Below are positions 55,395 to 64,000 of a stretch of 64,000 bases of DNA, piece by piece. A model generated the notes under the pieces. The model was not told the DNA's origin, ran no database searches, and saw only the letters and a program-made list of their open reading frames with translations. The stretch lies in the NCBI GenBank assembly GCA_034408725.1, contig JAWXCN010000182.1, positions 1 to 64,000 of the forward strand, written 5' to 3'. Position numbers and translations under genes: made by a program. The DNA is from Candidatus Hydrogenedentota bacterium (GTDB taxonomy: Bacteria > Hydrogenedentota > Hydrogenedentia > Hydrogenedentales > SLHB01). Each line of letters begins with the position of its first letter. The first letter of the stretch is position 1.

Positions 55395-56594
55395 ATGGGC
55401 AAACCACCCGTCGTGTTGGAACAAAATATGAGCGACAACTTTTATCCCGCACCGCCTTCAGCTCCGCGCAACAAATATTTTTTCATCGCCGTGCTGGTTG
55501 CCCTCGCATTGACAGGAGGCATGGGAGTTGGCTACGCGCTTGCACGGTCCACGTGGCGCGCAGACGGCGAGCCGCTTGCAACCACCCTGACGAATACGAA
55601 CGGCGATGCGGTATCCAACTTATCCGCTACGGCACGCGTATCGAATCTTCCGGCCGGCGAGTTCCGGCCCAAGCAGGAAGAAGGGACGCTGCTGACGTAT
55701 CGATTGGACGCGGAGATCGCGGGCGGGGGGACGGAAGCGGGAGAATTTTCCGAAGTGTATATGAACTTCGGAAGCGATGTGTCTTTGTATACGAAGCGCG
55801 TCGCTCCGGATGGCAGCGCGGACCTTAGGTTTACATTCGAGAACACGGGGCTTGCGGGCACGTTTTTCGACAGCCCGTTCGAACTGCGGTTCAGCAACGC
55901 GGTGCAAACCACGGACAACACGGACACACCGGCTGGCGCGCCGGAAAACCCGCAGACGACGTTTTTGTCCGAACCCATAGAAATGCGGATTGGCCCGGAC
56001 GGTGAGGTGCTGGCTATCAGCAACCCATCATCGTTGAAGGACATGTTGGGAACAATCGTGACGGTGCCGCAACTGACTTTTCCCGAAGGAGAACTGGCGG
56101 AAGGCAGACAATGGGTCACACATCTGTCGCTGCCCGTGCCCGGGATTGCAAACGCCGTCGATACACAGATTGTGAATACGTTTGTTGGCGTTGAGCGAAT
56201 GGGGGAGTATGAATGTGGCGTCGTCCGGCAACATCTCGGTGCAACGGAAGTAGACACCCAGGCTTCAGCGCCTTCGGGGCCAAATGAAGAGCCCATGTTA
56301 TTCAGCGTGCCGCTCTTCGATCTGACCGGCGAGAACTTGATCTATTTCGATACGGCGACGGGCCGGCTTGTCCACGCGACGCTCGATATGAAATTTGAGT
56401 TGCGCATCAAGGAGCAACTGGGCGAGGCGGGAAACTTGCTTCAACAAATACTTCCGCGGTTATCCGGCGAAGAAGGCGCTGAAAACATTGACGACATCTT
56501 GTCGCCGGAAGGAAAGCCTGATTTGATGGACCTGTCGCTGGACATTGATGGCGCGTTCTCCCTGGTGAACGACGGTCCGCCACTCCCCATTTGA
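55395..56594 (+). CDS. Membrane-anchored periplasmic beta-rich hypothetical protein
   Basis: Single TM helix then an acidic beta-rich domain (FPEGELAEGRQW, YFDTATGRL); start may be ATG 55428. Confidence 0.8.
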   Translation: MGKPPVVLEQNMSDNFYPAPPSAPRNKYFFIAVLVALALTGGMGVGYALARSTWRADGEPLATTLTNTNGDAVSNLSATARVSNLPAGEFRPKQEEGTLLTYRLDAEIAGGGTEAGEFSEVYMNFGSDVSLYTKRVAPDGSADLRFTFENTGLAGTFFDSPFELRFSNAVQTTDNTDTPAGAPENPQTTFLSEPIEMRIGPDGEVLAISNPSSLKDMLGTIVTVPQLTFPEGELAEGRQWVTHLSLPVPGIANAVDTQIVNTFVGVERMGEYECGVVRQHLGATEVDTQASAPSGPNEEPMLFSVPLFDLTGENLIYFDTATGRLVHATLDMKFELRIKEQLGEAGNLLQQILPRLSGEEGAENIDDILSPEGKPDLMDLSLDIDGAFSLVNDGPPLPI

Positions 56595-56601
56595 CGTCTG
56601 C

Positions 56602-58089
56602 TTACCGGTACTGAGACGCCCAATGTTCCATGCGCTGGTCTTCGTGCTTCATACGCCAGCGCAACATTCGCTGGCAAAATGAAGCAACCACGCCGGCGTA
56701 CTTCTCATTTTCGGCGAGGTTGACGTGTTCTCCGGGATCGAGTTGGAGATCGAACAGCAGCGGTGGCAGCGATTGCGCGCCAAACTGGACGTACTTGTAT
56801 CGATCGTCGCGAATGACCCACAGGACGCAGGCGTCCGGGTCTTCGTCCAGAAGACCATCATATTTCCCGCGAAAATCATATTCGAAATGTACCGAAGCTT
56901 TCCCAAATGACTCGTCGGGCGAGTGAAGCGCAGGCAACAGACTTGTGCCTTGCACACGGTCCGGTACGGGAACGCCGAGATATTCAAGAATTGTTGGCGC
57001 AATGTCAATCGATTCGCACAATCCACCAAACTGAGTGCCTCGCGAGCCATCTGCATTCGCGGAAGGATCGCGGATAATTAGGGGAACCCGCATGGTCTCG
57101 TCATAGAAATGGCCTTTGTCGAGAAAATAGTGATCGCCAAGATACTCGCCGTGGTCCGAGGTAAACACGATGAGGGTGTTTTTTCCCTGGCCCGTGGCTT
57201 TCAGTGTTTCCATGATCCGGCCGATGTTTGCGTCCACTTCCGAAATCATTCCGTAGTAGCAGGCGCGGGTTTCGCGCAAATCACGTTCCGATTCAAGTTG
57301 CGGGCATGACCGTGCCATCTGAAGGTACGGGTGCGTTGGGTTGTGTTCTTCCGCGCGCCGGTTTGCAGATGGCATACGTGACGCCTCGTACATGGCGTGG
57401 TACGGAGCGGGACAAATGCGCGGAGGGTGCGGCTTGATGAAGTTGACGCTCGCAAACCAACCCGCGGATGTCTGCCCGCTAATGTAATCGCACGCCTGGT
57501 CCGTAAGAAAACGGCATTCACTATCCTCGTGCGCATACAACGCGGGGAAATGAAGAGGAAGATGAGCGCCCAGACCTTCTTTCGGCACATCATGCGTAAC
57601 CGTAATCTCCGGACCGCACAGGTGATCCGGATAGCCCTTTGCGCGGAGACTCTCGAAATATTGCGGTGAATGGTATTCGTGGTTGTAGATATGATCGAAG
57701 CCCGGCAGAAAATTGGAAAAACTCAACGAAGTTTTTCGTGGATCATCAGGAGGGAGTTCGCCAGGATCGAGCGAATAGTCGTTGTATCCGAATATCGCAG
57801 TGCGAAACCCCGCTTCCTTAATCTTGAGTGCAGCGTTCTCATTGGCGTCGCTAAGTGGCGTGTAGTTGTTCACGGCGCGTGTTGAACACATGTACCTGCC
57901 GGTGTAAATGCACATCCGGCTCGGTCCGCACGGACTGGTCTGCACAAAACACCGTTTGAACAGCACGCCGGATTCTGCCAATGCGTCGAGATTTGGCGTA
58001 TTGATGATCGAGTTTCCGCCGGCGCCCAAGCAGTCCCAGCGGAACTGATCAGCGATGATTAAGAGGACGTTTCGCGCCGGGGCGATCAT
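56602..58089 (-). CDS. Sulfatase-family hydrolase, phosphonate monoester hydrolase-like
   Basis: DQFR, TPNLDAL, formylglycine motif CGPSR...TGRY, KPHPP, SDHGEYLGDH, LPPLLFDL..DP.E. Confidence 0.9.
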   Translation of the reverse strand: MIAPARNVLLIIADQFRWDCLGAGGNSIINTPNLDALAESGVLFKRCFVQTSPCGPSRMCIYTGRYMCSTRAVNNYTPLSDANENAALKIKEAGFRTAIFGYNDYSLDPGELPPDDPRKTSLSFSNFLPGFDHIYNHEYHSPQYFESLRAKGYPDHLCGPEITVTHDVPKEGLGAHLPLHFPALYAHEDSECRFLTDQACDYISGQTSAGWFASVNFIKPHPPRICPAPYHAMYEASRMPSANRRAEEHNPTHPYLQMARSCPQLESERDLRETRACYYGMISEVDANIGRIMETLKATGQGKNTLIVFTSDHGEYLGDHYFLDKGHFYDETMRVPLIIRDPSANADGSRGTQFGGLCESIDIAPTILEYLGVPVPDRVQGTSLLPALHSPDESFGKASVHFEYDFRGKYDGLLDEDPDACVLWVIRDDRYKYVQFGAQSLPPLLFDLQLDPGEHVNLAENEKYAGVVASFCQRMLRWRMKHEDQRMEHWASQYR

Positions 58090-58099
58090 GCGAAATCGA

Positions 58100-58600
58100 T
58101 TAGCGCCGGCGATCAGGAGAAGGCAATAAATCTGAACGATACGTTACACCCGCAATTTTTAGTTGATCACCCGATCCCGAAAAAGCGAATTCTACTGTGG
58201 CGGGGCCATGCTCGAATTCCGCATCGTACAAAGCCTGGGTCACGACGCCGGACCGATCCGATTCGACACTAATTCCCCGCACGGTTTTAATCTGGTATTG
58301 CCCAAGTGTCCGGCGCACGGCGCTGGACGTGCCGAGAAAGTCTTCCGCGCTGCTGACTTCTGCCAACGAAGGATGCGCATCCGAATAGACTTGCGCGAAA
58401 TTGCCCGTGTTATACGACACGAAATAGTCATCGACCGCGGGTTCGACGGCATAGTCGCCGATATGCAGAAGAAGGTAGATAGATCCAAAGAGGAGCACCA
58501 CGATCGAGAGCCCGCCGACAATACCCGCAAACAACCAACTGATGCCTCCTCTCCGGCCATCAGCGCGCACTGCTCTTACCGTTTCGAGATTTTCAGTCAT
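58100..58600 (-). CDS. Single-TM hypothetical protein (DUF4019/DUF3887-like)
   Basis: GGAAGG RBS before MTENL; TM helix; YDAEFEHGPA. Confidence 0.72.
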   Translation of the reverse strand: MTENLETVRAVRADGRRGGISWLFAGIVGGLSIVVLLFGSIYLLLHIGDYAVEPAVDDYFVSYNTGNFAQVYSDAHPSLAEVSSAEDFLGTSSAVRRTLGQYQIKTVRGISVESDRSGVVTQALYDAEFEHGPATVEFAFSGSGDQLKIAGVTYRSDLLPSPDRRR

Positions 58601-58650
58601 CTGCCTTCCTTGCAAGTACCGAAGTGACACCAGTAGAAGATACGCATTCT

Positions 58651-58925
58651 TTAACCTATTTTCCAGGAACACACCGCACTGACTTGTCGTGCATTACCCG
58701 TGAATACCGAAGAATACTCCCACCCCCAGGCAAGATTATCTTCGTTGGCGATGCCCAGGTAGTAGGTTTCGCCCGCAGTGAGGGCAAGGGGATCGAGCAG
58801 GAGCTCGTAGTAGTATTCGTCCATCGCGTCGAAAACGATGTCATTTCCTGTATCAACGTGTGTTTTGGCACTGCGATCGATCGTTTAGACGAGATTGAAT
58901 TCGTCGTCGAAGATCTACAGTGAAT
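58651..58925 (-). pseudogene. Degraded paralog of the adjacent PEP-CTERM protein
   Basis: Reads *IFDDEFNLV*TIDRSAKTHVDTGNDIVFDAMDEYYYELLLDPLALTAGETYYLGIANEDNLAWGWEYS, aligning with DSGLNNTIVFDEYNYVMNIDPLDLSANTTYWLSIVND...WFWSFS. Confidence 0.75.
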
Positions 58926-59144
58926 GGTGCAAACTGGTTTCAGGACGAAAACGAATTTCTGGCAGGTCCTGGCGAATTTGCCCACCAAATCACCGGTCCT
59001 GGCGGCCCCGCGGTAAAATTTTTCCGTATTCATTAGTCACTGCTGACAAACCCTTGTCTAAATGTTTGAGCAGTTTTTTTGTCAATAGATTACTCAATTG
59101 TCGTAACTTACTGGTATTTATAGTTTTGCAAAATACACCCAATG

Positions 59145-59160
59145 TGGCCCGAATCTTGCG
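59145..59160 (+). promoter_or_regulatory. sigma54 -24/-12 promoter of the PEP-CTERM gene
   Basis: TGGCCCGAATCTTGCG; IHF-like TAACTTACTGGTA at ~59104 and dyad elements at ~59012-59071 upstream. Confidence 0.75.
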
Positions 59161-59239
59161 CATCCACTATGCGTTGTACCCGCTACTTTTGGGGCACAAA
59201 TTTCCGGACTTGTTGAGCAGTAGAAAAAGGAGCAGGGTT

Positions 59240-59872
59240 ATGCGGTTGAAAGTGGGTTTCGTTGCCATCCTCATTGGGGTTCTCCTCTCGGGGTCAGCGG
59301 GCGCGAGTGTTATTTACGATAACGGGGCGTCTGTATTGAACTTTGGAGCCCTCGGCTCTTCTGGCCTTTTCCCAGCCGCCGACAATTTCATTTTAGCGGA
59401 AGGCTTCACAACGATTACTGACATTCATTGGTCGGGCTTCTACCTAGAGGGTGCGCCGTCCGACAGTTTCACCGTCTATATTTATGGAGATGACGGTGGT
59501 TCGCCCGGCGCCGCGCCGTTACACACGTTAACCGATACGGTCGAACGCACGGACAGCGGGCTAAACAACACCATCGTTTTCGATGAATACAATTACGTAA
59601 TGAATATTGACCCGCTTGATCTGTCCGCCAACACGACGTACTGGCTTTCCATTGTCAATGACACCGGCGAAGAGTTGTGGTTTTGGTCGTTTTCGGATTT
59701 AGAGGACGGCGATGCCCATCAGAAAGCCGTTTCGGCTTGGGTCGACCTTGATGTCGAGCTGGCATTTCAACTCACGGATGATGCCGTCGTGCCGGAACCG
59801 GCCTCCATGACGCTGCTCGGACTTGGGTTGGTCGCGTTCGCGGTCCGCCAGCGCTATCTGCGCGCGCGCTAA
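59240..59872 (+). CDS. PEP-CTERM sorting domain protein (210 aa)
   Basis: AAGGAG RBS, signal peptide, C-terminal VPEPASMTLLGLGLVAFAVRQRYLRAR. Confidence 0.93.
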   Translation: MRLKVGFVAILIGVLLSGSAGASVIYDNGASVLNFGALGSSGLFPAADNFILAEGFTTITDIHWSGFYLEGAPSDSFTVYIYGDDGGSPGAAPLHTLTDTVERTDSGLNNTIVFDEYNYVMNIDPLDLSANTTYWLSIVNDTGEELWFWSFSDLEDGDAHQKAVSAWVDLDVELAFQLTDDAVVPEPASMTLLGLGLVAFAVRQRYLRAR

Positions 59873-59896
59873 CGATCTTTGATCTTGTTATCCTCG

Positions 59897-59924
59897 CCGC
59901 CTCCCGTCCGGGAGGCGGTTTTTT
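59897..59924 (+). terminator. Rho-independent terminator
   Basis: CCGCCTCCC-GTCC-GGGAGGCGG-TTTTTT. Confidence 0.85.
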
Positions 59925-59994
59925 CCCTTCGTTGGACGCAAGTTTTGAAGCGCACCATTCGCAGTGCCGGGAAGGTGGCGGAAACTTATCTGGT

Positions 59995-60300
59995 TTAGTC
60001 GGGAATCTCGATTTGGATGTCCTCACCTTCGACATGGACCCTGTACCGGCATACGCCATCTTTCGGGTCTTCGTCGCAATGTTTTACGTCAAACGACCAC
60101 CCGTGCCATGGGCAGGTGACTTCCGTGCCGTCCATCCATCCATCGGACAGAGGTCCGCCGGCATGGGGGCAGGCATCGCTAATGGCGTGAAAATTTCCGC
60201 CAACATTGAACAGCGCGATTCGATGGTTCCCGCAGGTAAAACATTTGGCCTCGCCAGCGGGAACATCGGATCGTGTGCACACGGTAACAACTTCGGTCAT
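59995..60300 (-). CDS. Rieske [2Fe-2S] ferredoxin (NirD/dioxygenase ferredoxin-like)
   Basis: CPHAGGPL and CPWHGWSFD. Confidence 0.92.
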   Translation of the reverse strand: MTEVVTVCTRSDVPAGEAKCFTCGNHRIALFNVGGNFHAISDACPHAGGPLSDGWMDGTEVTCPWHGWSFDVKHCDEDPKDGVCRYRVHVEGEDIQIEIPD

Positions 60301-60491
60301 TTCGGCTATAACTCCATGTTTCAAGCGAGGGTGGGCGGCAAGTCTAACGGGGGGTTAGGCCAACTTCAATATCGACTCACGGAATCCGCAACTGGAATCA
60401 GTAACGGTTTATATGGTGTTATAGGGAAGACCACCCATTTTGAGAAGGTTCCATCCATTTTGGATGCCAACGAGAGGAAGGAGTTCCGCAA

Positions 60492-61094
60492 ATGCCTTAC
60501 ACATTGCCGGCGTTGCCCTATGGTTTTGACGCGCTGGAACCGCACATCGACGCGAAGACGATGGAAATCCACCACGGAAAGCACCATCAGGCGTACATCA
60601 CCAACGTGAATGCCGCACTGGAAGGGACTGGGATGGACGCGCACCCAATCGAGGAGGTGCTGAAGAACATCAAGGATGTACCGGAAGCCAAGCGCCAAGC
60701 CGTAATCAACAACGGGGGTGGGCACGCGAACCACACGTTATTCTGGCTGATTATGGCGCCAAACACCGGTGGCAAACCCGGCGGCGCGATGGCAAAGGCA
60801 ATCGACGCCGACCTGGGCGGATTCGACAAGTTTCAGGAGGACTTCACCAAGGCGGGTGCAACGCGGTTCGGCAGCGGATGGGCGTGGCTCGTTGTGAACA
60901 AGGACAAGAAGCTCGAAGTCCTCAGTACCGCGAATCAGGACTCACCCCTGATGCAGGGTCTCACGCCGATCCTCGGTATGGACGTGTGGGAACATGCCTA
61001 TTATCTCAATTACCAGAACCGGCGGCCCGACTACATGAAGGCGTTTTTCAACGTCATCAATTGGCCGAAGGTTTCGGAGTTTTACGGCGCATAG
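60492..61094 (+). CDS. sodA: Superoxide dismutase, Mn/Fe family (Mn-type signature)
   Basis: [39 protein letters not shown]. Confidence 0.96.
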   Translation: MPYTLPALPYGFDALEPHIDAKTMEIHHGKHHQAYITNVNAALEGTGMDAHPIEEVLKNIKDVPEAKRQAVINNGGGHANHTLFWLIMAPNTGGKPGGAMAKAIDADLGGFDKFQEDFTKAGATRFGSGWAWLVVNKDKKLEVLSTANQDSPLMQGLTPILGMDVWEHAYYLNYQNRRPDYMKAFFNVINWPKVSEFYGA

Positions 61095-61156
61095 TATCAC
61101 CCGATTTGGCGCGCGGTCAGCACGCGGAACGCGTGTTGCCCGCGCCGCCTTTTTAT

Positions 61157-61238
61157 CGGGAGGGCGCGCGTCCCCGCGCGCTGGATTGCTCGTGGTCCGC
61201 TTGCGATTTGGCCGGCGCGCGGGGACGCGCGCCCTCCC
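61157..61238. repeat. Inverted doublet of REP-like family A (REPIN-like)
   Basis: CGGGAGGGCGCGCGTCCCCGCGCGCTGG (61157-61184) and CCGGCGCGCGGGGACGCGCGCCCTCCC (61212-61238). Confidence 0.9.
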
Positions 61239-61302
61239 TTGACGAAAGCGGCGGCAAACCTTCATGCTCTATGGCAACCTATAGTTCATCTTGGAGTGCA
61301 GC

Positions 61303-62538
61303 ATGCCCAACCCTCTTCCATTCACCAACGTAGACCGCCGCGCATTTCTGAAAACGGCTGCGCTCAGTCTCGCGGGCGCGACAGTCAGTGTTGCCGCCGT
61401 AGCGGACGCCATCGGCGAAATCAAACCCTGGGAGCGAGGTACTGACAAGAAAATCCGAATCGGTATCGTGGGTGGAGGTTTCGGATGCTCGTTTCATTGG
61501 CATCAGCATCCCAATTGCGTCGTCGAGGCCGTCAGCGATCTGATCCCGGAACGGCGTGATCGCCTGATGCAGGTCTATGGATGCGGCAAATCGTATGAGT
61601 CGCTCGAAAAACTGGTTCTTGATCCGAATATTGACGCGGTTGCCGTTTTCACGGGCGCGCCAGACCATCCTCGCCACACTATTGCTTGTTTTGAGGCGGG
61701 CAAGCACGTGATCAGCGCGTGTCCAGCGTGTCTGACGCTCAAAGATGCTGATCGTCTGAGGGACGTGAAAGAACGCACCGGTCTGAAGTACATGACGGCC
61801 GAGACGACTTATTTTCGGTGGGAGACAATGACCGCGCGGCGCATGTATGCGGCGGGAATGTTTGGGGACCTGGTTTATACGGAAGCCGAGTATTATCACC
61901 CCATGCGGCCTGAAGAGCGCGAGGCTCTTTGGTATCGGGACGGAAAACGCACCTGGCGGTACGGATACGCGCCGATGTTGTATCCGACCCATTCCACGGC
62001 ATTCCTGGTGGGCGTCACGGGGGAACGGCTCGCGAAAGTTTCGTGCGTTGGATGGGGCGACGACGAGGCCGTTTTGAAAGACAACGCGTACAACAATCCC
62101 TATTTCAACGAGACCGGCATGTTCATAACCGATAGTGGCAAGCCTTTCAGGTGCAACGTCGGGTGGAAACTCCACGCGCACGGGGAGCGCGCGCAATGGT
62201 TCGGGACCCAGTCTGCGCTGTACATGGGCGGTTCAGGAGGCCAACCGTATTCGATGCAACTTCCGGACGAGCATATCACCGAGGTGCCGGATTATTTCCC
62301 CATGCTTCCCGAATCAATGCGTAAAGACACGGGCCACGGTTCTTCGCATCCGTTCATTACCCATGAATTTGTCACGGCGCTACTCGAAGATCGGGAGCCG
62401 GCCACGAACTTGTACGAAGCGCTTGCGTTTTGTGTGCCGGGGATCGTCGCCCACAAGTCCTCGCGCAAAGGCGGCGAACAACTCAACATACCAAGTTTCG
62501 ACACCGGGAGGGCGCGCGTCCCCGCGCGCCTTTCGTAA
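61303..62538 (+). CDS. Tat-exported Gfo/Idh/MocA family oxidoreductase
   Basis: DRRAFLK signal, IRIGIVGGGFG, AGKHVISACPA, YPTHS, GHGSSH. Confidence 0.9.
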   Translation: MPNPLPFTNVDRRAFLKTAALSLAGATVSVAAVADAIGEIKPWERGTDKKIRIGIVGGGFGCSFHWHQHPNCVVEAVSDLIPERRDRLMQVYGCGKSYESLEKLVLDPNIDAVAVFTGAPDHPRHTIACFEAGKHVISACPACLTLKDADRLRDVKERTGLKYMTAETTYFRWETMTARRMYAAGMFGDLVYTEAEYYHPMRPEEREALWYRDGKRTWRYGYAPMLYPTHSTAFLVGVTGERLAKVSCVGWGDDEAVLKDNAYNNPYFNETGMFITDSGKPFRCNVGWKLHAHGERAQWFGTQSALYMGGSGGQPYSMQLPDEHITEVPDYFPMLPESMRKDTGHGSSHPFITHEFVTALLEDREPATNLYEALAFCVPGIVAHKSSRKGGEQLNIPSFDTGRARVPARLS

Positions 62539-62654
62539 TCGAAGACCGCACCCGTAGACGCACGCAATCGGAACAGTGCGCGGGTACGCCAGTGTTTCCT
62601 CACGGGAGACTCTATCCGCAATCCGAATAGCGCGCGGGGGCGCGCGCCCTCCCG
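62505..62654. repeat. Second inverted doublet of REP-like family A
   Basis: 62505-62530 and 62629-62654 (one mismatch); the first copy lies inside the oxidoreductase 3' end. Confidence 0.9.
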
Positions 62655-62655
62655 T

Positions 62656-63708
62656 TTATATCCTGAAGAGTCTTATTTCGTGCGTGTTATTTGGTGTTGC
62701 GACCTCGGCGTAGATATAGAATTGATCGTCTACGCGTACCCAACTCGAGTAGCGAAAGGTGCTGAAATGCTCGTTCGGAGTCGGGCTTACCGCGAGCGGG
62801 GCGTCCGTGGTGAGTTCGATTATGTGATGAAGGTCGAAAGTGTAAGCCAGGCCGGTGGAGATATTATACACCGGGTCATACCACGATGACTTGGAGCCTT
62901 CGTATACGAACAAGTACCCCGCGCCGGTCGGAACAACGCACGACGGCCGGACAAAAAAATCGTGCCAGCCGGACAGTTCCATGATGGGTTCATAAGGGTT
63001 GCCAACCGGCTCCCAGGTTTCGCCGTCCGTGCTGGTAAAATGAAAGATGCGCTCGTTCTTGCGGACATATCCGATCACGTAGCAATGGTACGCGCCTTCG
63101 GCATGGATGATGACCGGGTCTTTATATTCGACGGGAGGTTGGTCGCGTTCGTAAGTTTTTTCGCGCGGAGCGATAACAGGCCTGGCAGATTGGGCGATAA
63201 ATTCGCACGGTGAGCCGGCATCGTCGAATTTAATGATGCTCCAGGGCCCTCCCTGCCAAGGCCCGCACGTGTACAGCTTGAATTTCTGAGTGGCCGGATC
63301 GATGAGTAGCGCGGGGCGTTCGAAACCGGGGATAGGAACGTCTTCACGCTTAATTGAGAAATCTTTGTGAAACGTTACGCCGTCTTCGCTTCGAAGCAGC
63401 CGTATCTCGTAGCCACGAAGTCCGCGTTCTCCCTCGCCCGAGCGCATGCGGCACGCCATCCAGAATATGCCGTCCTGATCGCGAACCGCCGAGGGTGCGC
63501 CAGCCCACCATTCCGGCATGTCCTTGTCGGGTTTGACGACCACATGGCCTGGCTGCGCGAGTTGCCGGGTCAATGCGCCATAGTTCATGCCGGCAACCGG
63601 ACGGCTCAAACGCGGTTGTTCGCCGTGTGCTATGATCGTGACAAAGAATAGTATGATCGTGTGGAACAAAATGGTGTGGATAGCCAATCGAATACTCATG
63701 GTGTTCAT
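62656..63708 (-). CDS. Secreted five-bladed beta-propeller glycosidase-like protein (GH43/32/130 clan-like)
   Basis: Signal peptide, WAGAPS, SEDG..F, ERPAL, KDPVI, STDGETW, FRYS. Confidence 0.75.
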   Translation of the reverse strand: MNTMSIRLAIHTILFHTIILFFVTIIAHGEQPRLSRPVAGMNYGALTRQLAQPGHVVVKPDKDMPEWWAGAPSAVRDQDGIFWMACRMRSGEGERGLRGYEIRLLRSEDGVTFHKDFSIKREDVPIPGFERPALLIDPATQKFKLYTCGPWQGGPWSIIKFDDAGSPCEFIAQSARPVIAPREKTYERDQPPVEYKDPVIIHAEGAYHCYVIGYVRKNERIFHFTSTDGETWEPVGNPYEPIMELSGWHDFFVRPSCVVPTGAGYLFVYEGSKSSWYDPVYNISTGLAYTFDLHHIIELTTDAPLAVSPTPNEHFSTFRYSSWVRVDDQFYIYAEVATPNNTHEIRLFRI

Positions 63709-63762
63709 CCCCTGGAATATGGCAATTCTATCATCTTCAAGTTTGCATCGAGGAAGAAAAGC

Positions 63763-64000
63763 ATGTGGCCAATCGCTTTTCGGCTGAATCCTATTCTATT
63801 CCCCATCCTTTTTTTGGTTTTTGCGTCTTCGTCTGACGTACGAGCTTGGGAGGCCGCAATTGTCACCGATGATGCAAGCCGGCTCAACCAGACTCGCGTC
63901 CACGAAATATGGAACATTCCAACCGATCCCGTCAAAGCAGAGGCGCAGTTAAAACAACTATTGATTCGCGCAACAGCGGAAAACCTTCCAGTATCCATCG
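63763..64000 (+). CDS. FAD-binding oxidoreductase, N-terminus only (runs off the window)
   Basis: MWPIAFRL...DDASRLNQTRV...EAQLKQLLIRATAENLPVSI resembles the lead-in to the VSIAG.RHSMGG motif of FAD_binding_4 enzymes. Confidence 0.6.
   Translation, partial: MWPIAFRLNPILFPILFLVFASSSDVRAWEAAIVTDDASRLNQTRVHEIWNIPTDPVKAEAQLKQLLIRATAENLPVSI

Noticed and set aside
58895-59239. N-terminal 115-aa extension of the PEP-CTERM ORF
   Set aside because: It spans the sigma54 promoter; the RBS and signal peptide point to ATG 59240
61157-62654. GC-rich repeats as a CRISPR array or IS ends
   Set aside because: They are inverted doublets rather than direct repeats with regular spacers; no cas or transposase gene is present

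Overview
GC-rich bacterial chromosomal window from a diderm with a PEP-CTERM gene, sigma54 promoters and fliW-csrA. The gene content looks PVC/Hydrogenedentota-like, but that is only an impression. I saw no rRNA, tRNA, CRISPR array, integrase or transposase. Housekeeping blocks are yacL-ispD-ispF-tlyA-recN-(beta-CASP RNase), ileS-dksA/traR-lgt, hemG/Y and sodA. A fliW-csrA operon continues into three probable flagellin-modifying glycosyltransferases. The most informative part is the accessory mosaic at ~6.5-19.3 kb. It holds a CzcCBA-type heavy-metal RND operon preceded by a His-rich leader ORF ending in the ribosome-arrest-type motif RGPP. That block is bracketed by a 168/169-bp direct repeat of the 3' end of a sugar-phosphate isomerase gene, with a REP-like palindrome exactly at the left junction. 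Beside it lie orphan gene 3' ends and two AT-richer secreted helical-repeat orphan genes. Other items are an unannotated sigma54-driven 56-aa membrane protein, a pseudogenised PEP-CTERM paralog, a XylR-like activator with degenerate ATPase motifs, a G(S/T)KS-repeat protein coupled to a desaturase, and two REP-like repeat families. All family assignments come from motif recognition by eye, not database searches.
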